DNA of 64,000 nt from Antedon mediterranea (GCF_964355755.1 NC_092671.1:11904001-11968000), one strand, 5' to 3'. Positions 1-13,235 are shown, counted from the stretch's first letter. A program made the numbers and translations. The notes: generated by a model from the letters alone, not told the origin.

Positions 1-1129
1 TATTAATCATAATTATAATCAATGTTGGTTAAATACAATATATAGAAGATTTAACCTCCGTTAAGCCAAAATGCTACTGACAGTCACAGGTTAGCCTCAC
101 TCAGCCCGAGACAATGGAACTAATGGACTGTGGCTTGAGAATCGAAAAACATGTGCCTACTCTTTTCTTTTTCCGTTCATCAATTCTCAACCAATCACTT
201 TAATATGTTAACAATATGTACTTTAAACATTATATTTTTATTTTATATGTGTCTTTGATTTAAATATTGGATCAACCTACCGAAAAACCGAAGACAATTT
301 TTGAAAGTTCACCAATTCTGTTCTAGATATCGTCCACAACTCTATTCATGTTTCCAACTCAACATTTCAAAGATAGTTTGTTTTACTTGTTTACAACTGT
401 ATATTTTTAATGTGTTGTATCGATATTTTTAATGTTTTATATATTGTATGTGTTTTTAAGCATCAAGGAAAACCAATTTCATGCTCGCCTTGTTGTGTTC
501 ATGACAATAAAGATTTATCTTATCATATTTTATCTTAACTTGGGACATGATTTGTTGACAACCTAAAGCCCTTGGCAATCTAATTGACAATCACCTCAGG
601 TTGCTACGGAAACTCCAATCAAAAAGCATCATACTTTTAGATCTCCAAATGGGCGGTCATAAACTGAAAACATGGATTTCCCTCATCATGTTCAAGAGGT
701 GGCCAGCTGTATTGTTGTATTTCATTGAATAATTTATATTTCTACGATTTTCAACAACATAATAAAAATCTACATTTACATTATAACTCACATACATGCG
801 TTTTTGTTTTTTCTGTCAGTATTGTTTATTGGCGATGTGTTAGTACAACTTTGCTCCCATTGCAGTGCACGGTAGTGGAGCCCTTGGATTAGCCTTGGGT
901 GGAAGGTGCTGATGCTCAACATACTGCCATGAAGTATCTGCGTATACTTTCATGGGGAGCATCGTTGTATTAATGGTGATTTTTGTACCTATCAGTCTCT
1001 TTGGAGACTCTTCCAGGGAGTCCTGGTTGTTTTTTTTTTTTATCTCAGTTTTATGCGAGTAAGTGAACATTCTTCCTTGTTTCCTGCTCTTTGGTGGGCT
1101 GCTCTTGGCGGTGCCTTGGCACCTGCCGC

Positions 1130-1712
1130 GGGCTATTTTTCTCGGAGCATCCCTGTTGTGCTTACTTAGAATTGGAAAATTATTGCTATATAACTTATAT
1201 TTGCTTATGACTTTTATGTGCAGTTTTACATGGGTGAATGTTCATTTACTAATTAAACTATTTAAGCCAGAACTTATGTTGTATGCGTCTTTATTTATTA
1301 TTCTATGAGTTTGTTAATTGCCGCAGTCTCCGAGTAGCAAAAATCAAGAATTGGGTTGGAAACACAATTCTATTTTGAGAACGGAGAGGGCGGGTTTTCG
1401 ACCTCTTTGATCAAGCATCCTTTCTGTTAACACGATCACATTAAGTTGAAGACAATTTTCCCTCCCTCCCGCCCAATATTATGACACTTATGGCAATAGG
1501 GCTATTTTTCTTGGAGCATCCCTGTTGTGCTTACTTAGAATTGGAAAATTATTGCTATATAACTTATATTTGCTTATGACTTTTATGTGCAGTTTTACAT
1601 GGGTGAATGTTCATTTACTAATTAAACTATTTAAGCCAGAACTTATGTTTTATGCGTCTTTATTTATTATTCTATGAGTTTGTTAGTTGCCGCAGTCTCC
1701 GAGTAGCAAAAT
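1130..1712. repeat. About 213-bp direct duplication (1130-1342 and 1499-1712)
   Basis: Near-identical copies with few substitutions. Confidence 0.9.
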
Positions 1713-1992
1713 ATGATTCTTTACTGTAAACAATTTAACGTATCGTTGCCAACTGCGTCCGCACTATTTAGATAATTCATCTATCTTTTTAAACCACCAG
1801 TCAGCCTACCAAAATGCTAATTACAAATTAGCATAACACAGCAAGTGCTATGTTTATGTCTTCCTTATATTGCCACTCATTTTGTTTCGATCATAATGAC
1901 GTGAGAGGTTGAACTGTGATGCTAGGAATTTGTGCAGTAACAATTATAAATTAGATTTAAACGAGTTAGACGAGTTATATCCGCACAATAAA
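1711..1992 (+). repeat. Dispersed 280-bp repeat, copy 1 (copy 2 at 33257-33540)
   Basis: Near-identical sequence 31.5 kb apart. Confidence 0.9.
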
Positions 1993-2115
1993 GCCTGTAT
2001 TACGTATGCTAATTACAATTTAGCATAATAGAGCAAGTGCTCGACATGCCAGTCGTAATGTGCAATCTTCACTTTTATAACGATGCATGTCATCCCCGAT
2101 GCTATATTGCTATTC

Positions 2116-2232
2116 TTTTTAGTCGCGTGCAACGCGACTCTACAGCTCACTTTGTCGGTCGGTTGGTCGGTTGGTTAGTCGGTAAACACTAACTTGAGCA
2201 CGCGACTGCAGCCATGTATATGGCCTTGTTTT
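2116..2232 (+). mobile_element. HINE/DINE-1-like non-autonomous Helentron derivative
   Basis: T-run, subTIR AGTCGCGTGC with adjacent partial inverted repeat, (GGTC/GGTT)n microsatellite, 3' subTIR GCACGCGACT, hairpin GCCAT-GTAT-ATGGC, T-run. Confidence 0.7.
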
Positions 2233-2265
2233 GTTTCGTTCGTAGTCAATGGGTCTTCAGAAACG

Positions 2266-2500
2266 AGAGAGTAAATCGTTGATATTACAATTTCTGAATA
2301 AATATGTGATGACATCACAAATTAAAGTTGGCATGCAATAGAACGATATTTAACTACGACAAAGTAAATATAAATATTTGGTGATATAAAAAAAAGAAAG
2401 AGTAAAGCATTGATATTACAACTTCTGAATAAATATGTGATGAAATCACAAATTAAAGTTGGCATGCAATAGAACGATATTTAACTAAGACAATGTAAAA
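2266..2500. repeat. About 100-bp near-tandem direct duplication
   Basis: ttgatattacaa...gaacgatatttaacta occurs twice. Confidence 0.8.
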
Positions 2501-3302
2501 GTGCTCAGGGTATGTTATTTTAATTTAACAAGTGACAAACCTTCTTGATTCTTGATATTCACATACATAATTATATTGTGGCCTATAAACAGGCTATTAC
2601 AATTAATGTTACAAAATTATACACAAATGTCAACCTATCTATTGATAAATGTACAAGATAATTATTTACCTGTTCTTACAATTTCAATATATTGTTATTA
2701 ATGTAAACATCCTCTTCTGTTAGCTGTACTGCGCGTGTGCGTAAGAAATAAATAATACTAAATATAGCCTTTTAATAAACGTAGAAAATAAATTAACTTT
2801 ATATAGGTATAATCAATAGTTTGTGACATTATGTCAAAATCAAACAATAAAGTAGATGCATGCATGTACCTGCCAACTCTCACGCATAGAGCATGAATAT
2901 TTTAATAATGTTATATATAGGCCTATATATAAATATAAACAAATGGAAATGATAAAATGTAATACAAGAAGAACATCAATGTTGTATTCTGGTAAACTAA
3001 ATAAAACAATTAAAAAAGACGTGGATCGATTAAACAATGAAATCAAAACCTTAGAAGAGCAATATTGCGTAAACAGTATGAAAAAATAACCGAAATGATC
3101 CAAATTAAAAGAAACGAACTAGAATCAATCTATGACATTAGAACACGTGGCTCACTGATTTGATCCAAAGCCCGTTGGATAGAAGAAGGAGAAAAAAGCA
3201 CGAAATATTTTCTTAATTTAGAGAGGAGGAATTATAATAAAAAGCATATAACTAAACTTACAACAGATAATGGAGACATAAGTAACCCCGACGATATAAT
3301 AA

Positions 3303-4355
3303 ATGAAGAAAAACGATTCTATGAATCATTATATAGTTTTAAGGCGAAATAACAATGTCAACCCTGCTGATATTTTTGACACGATACACATAGATAAAAT
3401 CAATAAAGATGATGAATTTATATGTGACCAGCCCCTTAGAGATACTGAATGTTTAGAAGCATTAAAAACGATGGATAACAATAAAACCCCTGGGACAGAT
3501 GGTTTTCCTGCCGAGTTTTATAAACTATTTTGGTATGATATAAAAGATACGCTAATTAACGCTTACCATTATTTTTTCCAATCCGGGTTTTTAAGTATCT
3601 CCCAGAAACGAGGGGTGATATCACTTATACCGAAAAAAGATAAATCTCCGCTATTATTGAAAAACTGGCGTCCTATCTCGCTTTTAAATGTAGATTATAA
3701 AATCGTAGCAAAAGCCATTGCGACTCGTTTAAAAAGTGTGCTGCCATCAGTCATTAATCCTGATCAAACGGGCTTTCTTAAAGGCAGATATATTGGGGAA
3801 AACATGAGATTAGTCTATGATGTAATAGAATATGCAGAAATGCACAACAAGCCAAACTTACTGTTTTTTGTAGATTTCGAAAAGGCTTTCGATAAGGTGA
3901 AATGGGACTTCCTTGATATGTCTCTTAAGAGATTTGGTTTTGGTAAAAATATGATAAATTGGATAAATATATTATATAAAGACATTGTTAGTTGTGTTAT
4001 AAATAACGGGATAACCTCAACATTCTTTAATTTAAAACGAGGCCTACGTCAAGGATGTCCTTTATCCCCATATCTTTTTATAATTTGTGCAGAAACACTA
4101 GGTAACATGGTACGTCAATCAGACACATTTAAAGGTATAGAGTACAATAATGTAGACATAAGAATTAGTCAATTTGCAAATGACACTGTGTTTTTTCTCA
4201 AGGACCAAAACTCAATTAAACCAATTATAGACATACTTGATGAATTTTCTATATATTCTGGACTCAGAATTAATTATGAAAAAAGTAACATTATGAGAAT
4301 AGGATCGTTAAGAAACTGCGACTATAAAACGCCATCTGAGAAAAGTATTTCATAG
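3303..4355 (+). pseudogene. L1/Tx1 ORF2 reverse transcriptase fragment
   Basis: RT domain with catalytic motif reading FAND instead of (Y/F)ADD; continues in fragments 4381-4734 and 4753-5334. Confidence 0.88.
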
Positions 4356-5596
4356 ACCAAAGGCCGAGTAAAATACTTGGGTGTTAATATTTCTTGTAAT
4401 TTTATTGATATTTTCAGATAAAGCTAAGGATGCTGAACAATTATTAAATATTTGGAAACAACGCTCGCTTACTTTATTTGGAAAAGCAACTATTATTAAG
4501 TCACGGTTTCTCCCGATATTCACGTATGTTTTCTCAAATTTACCTGACCCACCCGATTGTTTCCTTCAAGATATTCAAAGTAAAATATTTAAATTTATAT
4601 GGAACGGAAAACCCGATAAAGTCAAAAGAAACGTCATCCTTAACCATTTTGACGAAGGAGGGTTAAACATTCCCCATATTAAGAGTTACTGTACATCTCT
4701 CAAATCATGTTGGGTGAAAAGATATCTTGATTGAAATCAATCCAAGTGGAAAGTGTTTTTAAAAAGTAAGATTAAAGAGGTTGGAGGAAATATTGTTTTC
4801 GAAACCAACTTTTCTAAATCTTCAAAAATATTAAAACAATTTGAAAGGTTCCATAAAGATATACTCTCTGCGTGGAGTGAATACAATTTTGTAGAACCGT
4901 ATACGATAGAGGACATCTTAAATCAATCTTTATGGAACAACTCATGTTTTGATAAAAGAGAATTTAAAGTTAAAAAAAATTGGTTGGTTAAAAATGTAAA
5001 CTATGTAAAAGATATCGTGAACAAAGAAGGGAAAATATTAGAACTAGACGAATTTAACCATAAATATAATTTTAAACCAAACTTCTTATTATATCACCAG
5101 ATTGTAAATTCAATTCCAAAGCTCTGGAAACAGAAATTAATTGAACAAGGTGTAGACACAACTAATGAAGTTGAATCTAAATTACAGACATTTATTTCTT
5201 TGAAAACGAGAAATTGTCATTATATCTATAAACACATTATATTAAAAAATGTTGAAGAGCCAATTGGAATTGAATCCAAATGGGAAAAGGAGTTTGACAA
5301 CAAACTTGATTGGAAAAACCTTTTCTCAAATTGACACGACTGTACAAATGACACCAAGCTCAAAAACGTTCAATTTAAATTTATTCATCGTATAATTTAT
5401 ACAAATACAATGCTCTTTAAGATGTCAAAGGTCGATTCACCAATGTGTAGTTTTTGCAAGGAAAGGCAGGAAACACTGCTACATATGTTCTTTGAATGTG
5501 ATCTAGTAAAGAAAATATGGGAAAATGTAAAACAATATATGTAGGCCTATCGAAATATCAACAATAACTTAATTATCACCAAAGAAAGTATATGTT

Positions 5597-6303
5597 TGTA
5601 ACCTTGACGTCACGTGCGGTTCTGGGAGTCAAAACGAATTAAACGCGTTCACAAAGGTATAGATATAAATAATGTTTATTCAACACGGCAATGAAACGAA
5701 CGATTTGACAAATTGGTAAAACGATTGGTTGAATGGTCGAACAATTGGTTGAGCACACAATGGATAGATGTTGAACGAACACACAGCAGTGGAACGAACG
5801 ATAGATCGAACGGTTTAAACTGTAAATTAATGGATAATTAAAGCCGTCATTGTAATTAAATAATCAATTGGTATAACAATTGGAACATCTAAGCTAAATA
5901 GCTCAACAATCATATTAAACTAGATTTATAGAAAATGATCGATTCATCATTACTGTATTACCATTACTTCAATTTAACAGTAGGCCTAGCCTAGGCCTAG
6001 ATTATAGTATAATTGAGTCAGTAATTTGTAATTATCTAGTAGGCTACAGTTAAATGATACAAAAGATTATATTATCTAAATATAAAGCATCATAAACTTA
6101 CATCTGTTTCTTCACCAGAACCTATAGATTACAGTACATATTTTTAACTATCAGTGTATTTATCTAGGCTATGAACTATCCCAAAGAACAACTCTGAGAA
6201 AATCTGCCCGTTACTATGGCAATCTGACCTTACTAGGAGAAAAGTCACCTCTTGCTCACCAAACATGAAATAGAGGGCGACATTATACTATTCAAAGTTA
6301 ACA
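5597..6303 (-). mobile_element. Solo LTR (707 bp) inserted in the L1
   Basis: TGTAAC...GTTAACA termini; 5-bp TSD ATGTT at 5592-5596 and 6304-6308; minus-strand AATAAA at 5675-5680; removing it restores the L1 frame KESICFGFGK...KWYIFSCK. Confidence 0.85.
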
Positions 6304-6785
6304 ATGTTTTGGGTTTGGAAAAACACACAGTGATGCAAACATTCTAATTTTAATTACAAAGTGGTACATATTTAGTTGCAAAATCAAAGAACAATTACTT
6401 AATTTTAATCACTTAGGGCCTAATGCACATTTACCAAAAATACAAGGCAACCATATTATTATTTACAAAATGATTTTTATAAAGTGTATTTTTGCGATAC
6501 ATTATTTTTTTTTTCTTTTAATTCATTACTCTCTTATTTTTGAGAGAGTATTATATCGTGTTTCTTATTTGTTTAATAGTTACGTTACCTTTATCTATTA
6601 ATTTTGTATTATGTAGGCCTATGTGTTGAAATGAAATAAAAAATAAATAAATAAAAAAAAAATTTATAAACAATTTATTACATTAACCTAAGCTTATTTT
6701 CATAAAAATTTGAAATTAACGTTTATCCATGGGAACAGGCGTAAGGGCACAAGGCACAACAATTGTCACAAGTGACTGAAAGAAA

Positions 6786-7000
6786 ACTATAGTTGAGAAC
6801 AAGTGTTAAACGGGATCGTACATTTTTGTTGTATATTGTTAAGTTTATCCTATTCTTTATCACTGTGCTCAAGTATACCAAAATGACTATAGTTGAGAAC
6901 AGTGTTAAACGGGATCGTACATTAATTTTATTTGTTGTATATTGTTAAGTTTATCCTATTCTTTATCAATGTTCTCAAGTATACCAAAATGACTATAGTT
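6786..7000. repeat. About 100-110-bp tandem duplication
   Basis: actatagttgagaac...gtataccaaaatg occurs twice. Confidence 0.8.
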
Positions 7001-7082
7001 TGAGGAAATGGACGAACCCATTTGCTATGGCTTCTCTTAAATCTTAATAGGCCTACAGTAAATACATTCGATAGTCAAATTC

Positions 7083-8694
7083 TATGGGCGGCCATTAGGG
7101 CCAAAATAGACAAACGTTGCCGTACGAACAATTCCGCTCCCGTAAGGCAAACTAATGGCGTTAAAGACATAATTCCTCGAGTGACAACAAATATTGCCGT
7201 ACGGACACACACACACATTGCCATATGAACAAATTGCCGTATGGTTAAATTGGCGTAAGGACAAAAATTGGCGTAAGGACAAAAATTGCCGTAAAGGACA
7301 AAATTGCCGTAAGGACAAAAATTGCCGTAAGGACAAAAATTGGCGTACAGTCTAACTAAATATAAACGTTGAGGGCAGCATAGTATTTTAAAACCACGTG
7401 ACTGAAACCACTCTGTGTCCAGTCCTGCTGGGGATTAAAAACATAATCGATCATTGAAGGCCTGTGTCAAGCCATGTCTTACTTATGGTTTTTATGGTAT
7501 TAGAAAATAAATATTTGTGAGAAAACGGCGGATTGCTCCTGGGAGTCACTTTGGTGGGATTATACTAGGGTACCTCCTTAGTCGTCCAGTATAAGTTAGA
7601 GTAGGACCGCTGGTCCCGTTTTTACTCGGCATTTATCTTTTAAATCTGAGTGTAATAACTCAATTACGTTTTTTTTTATATATAGTGAAATTTGATACTG
7701 TATTTGTGAGAAAACGGCGGATTGCTCCTGGGAGTCACTTTGGTGGGATTATACTAGGGTACCTCTTTAGTCGTCCAGTAAAAGTTAGAGTAAGACCACT
7801 GGTCCTGTTTACTCAACCCTCATCTTTTAAATCTGAGTGTAACTCAATTACGATTTTTAATATTATAGTGAAATTTGATACTGTATTTGAGAACAGTGTT
7901 AAACTACATCGTACATTAATGTTATTTGTTATATTGTTAACTGTATTCTTTGTTCTTAATAATTGTACTAAATTATTAAGAAAGAAACAGTAGTAAGCAT
8001 AACATTTCCCCACTCCTACATTAGCATGGTAGGACATAATGTAATGGTCGCAGGTGGCTCAACTTTATTTATTACTGCAATGGGATGGACATGGTCCTAC
8101 TACCACCTTACCATCCAATAGGATTCCAGTAAATTTCCTTTAGGGCCTACTACCATGCCAATCAGAATTCAGTCCCCTTAAGTTAACAAGGAAATCAGCC
8201 TATCCGAATATACCAGTAGACTTCGTCGTACAGTCGTACTGTGGTAATAGTTGAGAATTCTCAATAGTCAATTTGGTATATTTTATATACCTGGCAGGAC
8301 TGGACACAGAGTGGTTTCAGTCACGTGGTTTTAAAATACTATCCTCAACGTTTATATTTATTTAAACTGTACGCCAATTTGTCCTTACGCCAATTTTTGT
8401 CCTTTCGGCAATTTTGTCCTTTCGGCAATTTTTGTCCTTACGGCAATTTTTGTCCTTACGCCAATTTGTGTCCTTACGCCAATTTTTGTCCTTACGCCAA
8501 TTTAACCATACGGCAATTTGTTCATATGGCAATGTGTTTGTGTGTCCGTACGGCAATATTTGTTTGTCACTCGAGGAATTATGTCTTTAACGCCATTAGT
8601 TTGCCTTACGGGAGCGGAATTGTTCGTACGGCAACGTTTGTCTATTTTGGCCCTAATGGCCGGCCATATATTTTGGCCCTAATGGCCGCCCATA
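7083..8694. mobile_element. Foldback element: long TIRs (7083-7428 / 8294-8694) with internal 18-bp repeats
   Basis: Arms are reverse complements; unit GGACAAAAATTG(G/C)CGTAA; termini TATGGGCGG...CCGCCCATA; spacer contains a 189-bp tandem duplication (7512-7890). Confidence 0.85.
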
Positions 8695-10169
8695 AACTTA
8701 AGCTCCAGTCCTACTATCTGATTTTTTTTTTTCGTCTTCCAAAGGGACACTGTATTGATTGATGGAAAGTGCCTGTTTCCAGTCACCTTTAGGGTCAAAT
8801 CTATTATTTTAACTGCTCCCTTGTGTATAAAAAAGAGAAAATATTTGAAACCAGGTTGTTGCAAGGTGAACTTATCTTAAACCCGGAAATTACTTTGACC
8901 GGGAAGAATTGAAATTGAGATGAAAATCTAATGTTGAAATCATAAATTTTGTTAAAAAACTCTTTATAACATCTTCCTAAGATAGAAATATGGAACAATA
9001 GCGTCGATGTGAACACTAATGTTATCAAATCTACGTTTCGCGGTACATCTCAGATAGATAAGGTAAGTATCTAAGGCGGAGATTTGTACCGAAGTTTTTG
9101 CATTGTGCTCGCCTATGTCAGAATTAACCATAATTTATATATAGATGTATAGTTAATATATTAAATAATGGGTTAAGAATCATAAAATCTGCATTGGGGC
9201 TATACGTGCCATTTTTCTGATAAATTACTTTTAAAAATTACAATTAATTTTCTATAATGTAAACTTTGATGTAATATAATACCAATGTGCATTGCTAACT
9301 CTACAATACTAAAATTCAGCAGCTGCTGCTGCCAAGACATATCTATTTGTTCCATTATTGTTATTCCAAATACCAAAAAATACATGCTGTAGGCCTATTG
9401 TAAATAAGAGCAGAATTTAGTGAAAATATGTTTTATTTACAGATTCAAATCTAGTTCAGTATTTAACAAACATTCTTAATAAAGAAACAGGCGAACATGA
9501 CTCTGAAATACTTGATACTCTAGTTTATAATCTTATAATATATACATATTGATTTAATATGACGACGTTCTGTGTGCAAAAGACATAAAAATCTGAAGTG
9601 TAACTGTTTAAAAACGTCGCGTTGCAATGGTAGATTTGTCCTCTTCGTTACAGTAATGGACAAATGATTAAAGTCGGTGATGTTCTTCCAGCTTTGCCTC
9701 ATTAATGCATTGACCACAAGACTATAGAGTAAAAAATAATAGTGATTTAAATATATATATATATATTATGTAGACTACGTAACTTGTAGTGAGTTGGAAT
9801 ACGCGTCTGGACGCTGTCAAAAATACCGCAACAAACGTTTTTCTTTAAATGCCGCGCGGTGGGTATATACATTATAATATGTAGCCACATTTCGTAACTG
9901 AAGTAGTTTTATTCGTTAGTTGTGCCTATTTTGATCAGAAGATAATTAATAGATCGGGTAATAAAGTAGGCCTAAAACTGCAATTTTATTAGTTAAGTCA
10001 CATCTGGTATTAAACCTATAGCCTATTATTTTATTTATAGAGTCAGAGTAGTTTTTTTAGTGAGAAACTCGCCAATTACCGTCGTATAGATAGTAGGCCT
10101 AGTTCATCATTCTCATTTGAGTGAGTCTTAATGAGTGGAGTAGAAAATTAATTTAGTTAGACAACCTTA

Positions 10170-10232
10170 GTCAGGATTGAACCCTGGACCTAGGATGGGA
10201 AGTCCCTAACAACCAAGCTACAGCTCCACTAC
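10170..10232 (-). mobile_element. tRNA-derived SINE head fragment
   Basis: Minus strand GTGGAGCTGTAGCTTGGTTG (A-box-like) ... GGTTCAATCC (B box); related to 10392. Confidence 0.55.
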
Positions 10233-10391
10233 TAACTGGTCTATATACACAACGTTTTGGTATACCTTTAACTTCATACTGGTCTAGTATTAGACCTACT
10301 TCTACATATGTGCAAACACAAACTGTAATAGCGTATGCCATTACACATACGACGGCAACCTGTAATAAAAATATAAGCAATAAGTAATTTA

Positions 10392-10648
10392 GGGGTGGAG
10401 TTGTGGCTTGGTGGTTATGATGCTTGGCTACAACTCCAAAGGTCCTGGGTCAAAGTTCCATCACATGTCAGGATTTACAACTCCACTCCCAAAGACTTGT
10501 AATAAGACTTTGTTTATGTAGAGCATCTTGTGTATATGTTTGTCTTGTGAACATCTGAGGGTCCCTTATAATGCGTTGCGTCCAAGTTCAATGTGAACGT
10601 ACAGCTAGGGGAAGCCCCGAAAAAAGCGCAAAATTGAATGCTTATTAT
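10392..10648 (+). mobile_element. tRNA-derived SINE
   Basis: GGGGTGGAGTTGTGGCTTGGTGG A box, degenerate B box, body and short (TTA) tail. Confidence 0.6.
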
Positions 10649-10719
10649 AGCTCAATATTTATTTACATCAATTATTAATTAATTATTTGTTTATATAAAT
10701 ATAAATAGGTATTGATACA

Positions 10720-13235
10720 GTTGGGTGGGTGGCCTAGAAAAAAAATCGGTTGCTATAATGTATACTACAGTAGTACACAGTTACCACAGTTTTAGTGTAC
10801 TAAATTATTATTAACATATCCATTTTTTTTTAAAAGCTTAAGGGTGTCAAATCCAAGATGGCCACCAATACGTAAAATATCCAATAAATTTAGCATATTG
10901 GACAAAGTAACACCCATTATGAATAATATTTTAAGTTAAAATTAATGCCATATGGGTTCTCTGCTATATAAGAATTATTATAAACCTAAATTCATCAGTA
11001 TTCTGACATTTTGAATTTCAAGATGGCGGCCATTTTTAAAAAATGGATTAAATTTCTTATTAAAACGTGTGTAAGTTAAATTAGATTGAAATGACACCAA
11101 ATGATATGCCTATGACAACAACATGGTGATTAACACAAAATGTTGACCACCAGGAGGTCTACAGTACAGTACACTTCTTCATATTAAAACATCTCATAAA
11201 CTTCTTCAGTTAAATGACAACTAACTCTGGCAAATGAAATATTTCTAATCAGTGAGCTGTGTTGAATGCGATACAGTAAGTTGACCTTCCTTCGTTCTCT
11301 ACCATTGTATCCATCAAACTTCAATAGACTGATCTGTGATCCCAACAAGCTTGTTCAGAAACAAATCAGCAAAAGTAGGCCTACTGCAATACCTCATTTC
11401 ACCGCCAAATACTCATACTTTCTTACAAAGACAAAGAATCTCTATAGGAGTCCTCTTTTACTTTGATAAGTTTGTCCCCTGCATTCATCGTCATATATAT
11501 TTTTGCCAATATTCGTCCTTTTCTTAGGATCCCATATAGACAGTTTACCTTCTACGAGACTTTCACCAATGCCTCAAACATTTTCTCTCCAATGTCATCA
11601 TGCCATGGCCAACAAACAACTCTGTGAGAATTGCAGCATTCTTCATTAATCGGGATATCATCTCTCTTTAAATGCTGGCTTTCAAACTCATCAACTAGAT
11701 TTGCCAGCTCTGATGAAATCATTAATTTGTGTTATTCCAATGACACCACGCTCAATGACCTTGATCAATTGATGTAAATCCAGCAAGTCCCTTTGTCACA
11801 CATACATGTCTTCTCCACTCCAATATCTGTAATTTTTTTCAGTAATCTGTTGAAAGTGATACAGCGGAAGTAACCGGCCATAGAAATATTTGATAAAAGC
11901 ATGTGTACTTTCCATGTGTGCAGATGTCTTGTGTCTCAGACATATACTGTATGGGATAGTTTACCCACATCATTTAGATTTCGTCGACTCTCTGTATTCA
12001 AGTTAATATCTTTATGAACGGCGTCTTTCAAACAAAATGATACGTCACTTAGAATCTCTTTCTCTGTCTGCATTTTTCCTAGAAAAGTGTCAGAAGTTGT
12101 AGAGAGAAAGCAGAGTTAGTATGTGCTTCTGTGACGTTCTTTAGAGATGTTTTCCATTTAAGATATTTGTGTCACTGTTGTATAGGTAATACAAGTTCAG
12201 TTTCAACAAAAGCACTGGCCTCAACACTATTTTCACAATGCTACATGTCAAAAAGTCATATAATTCACCAAGTCGAAATAAGAATTGCTTCTTGATGTCA
12301 TCTCTGTCCACCTCCACTCATCTCGGGCAAGAGTCATCACCAGGTATTATCTTGTCTTTCTCCAGTAGGCCTACATGAGTTTTTATACCACAACCATGTG
12401 CACTCAAACCAGTGTATAATGGTGGTCCATCTGTAGGGGGTACATATCTAATGAAATCGGTTGAGATTGTAGAAGATGAGAAGTGGAGTTAATGCTGCCT
12501 ATGAAGCTTGTGAATGAGCTGCTGTATCTTTATTTCCTTCAAGCTTCTGCCAAAAGTTAACAGGTTGAAAACTTACCAACCATACTGGTGACTATGGCCC
12601 TGAAGGTTCAGACATTGCATGAATTACATGACAATAACGCATTTATTATTTAATATCATATTTATACAGGATTTCACAATAAGGTATAAATACAGTTGTT
12701 TTTTCCTGTCTGAGATACAAAAATTGAAATACAAGTTTCACTTTTATGAAAAAAAATGAGATCTATAATTTAGATTTAGAAGTAATTGTAGTTGAATATT
12801 TGATATCAATGTAAGTTGTTCCATTCTTTTGCAACTCCAACTGAACGATCAGGTAATCTAAGAGTCATAGTGGGGTATTATATTATCTATTATAAAGAGA
12901 ACATATAAGAGGCATTGACAGCCTTATATTTTGACAATCCTATGAGAAGTGACTATTTTAGAATATTGTGTACAAACAACAAACATTATTTAAAGAATTT
13001 AATTTTTAGTGGCGGCAATTTTGAAATTCAAGATGGCCGACAGATTATCGCTTTACATAGTTAAGATTGTATAATGGGTAATACCATCAAAACGGACTTT
13101 TTCCACATCCATAATTTGTGTTACTGGTGATATTCTGATTTTAAATAGGGTTATTTGAATGTTGGCGGCCATCTTGAATTTGGTCCTTTAAATGTCTTTA
13201 GAAAAAATGGCAACAAATTTTTTTTTTCATTACTT
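10720..13235 (-). mobile_element. Degenerate Academ-like DNA transposon remnant
   Basis: Imperfect inverted ends with CAAGATGGCC/GGCCATCTTG motifs (10820-10870 vs 13160-13215). Minus-strand peptide relics PPLYTGLSAH, FTSIDQGH, GVIGIT, ISSELANLVDEFES recall Academ transposase motifs (from memory, not searched). Confidence 0.5.
12645..12930 (-). mobile_element. LINE (L2/CR1-group) 3' tail fragment
   Basis: KEWNNL relic plus tail ...tcctgtataaatatgatatta, similar to 27250-27330. Confidence 0.4.

Larger units (their letters stand above)
2940..6662 (+). mobile_element. 5'-truncated, degenerate L1/Tx1-clade LINE
   Basis: RT motifs KTPGTDGFPAEFY, NWRPISLLNVDYK, DFEKAFD, GLRQGCPLSPYLF; zinc knuckle CSFC...ETLLHMFFEC near 5446-5500; poly(A) tail 6635-6662; several stops and frameshifts. 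Confidence 0.92.

Noticed and set aside
540-1130. DIRS-like gag/RT relic on the minus strand (IAKGFRL)
   Set aside because: Too short and degenerate to support without a search.
7022-8762. ORFs with SLRQFL/KDKNWR repeats
   Set aside because: Translations of the 18-bp TIR repeats.
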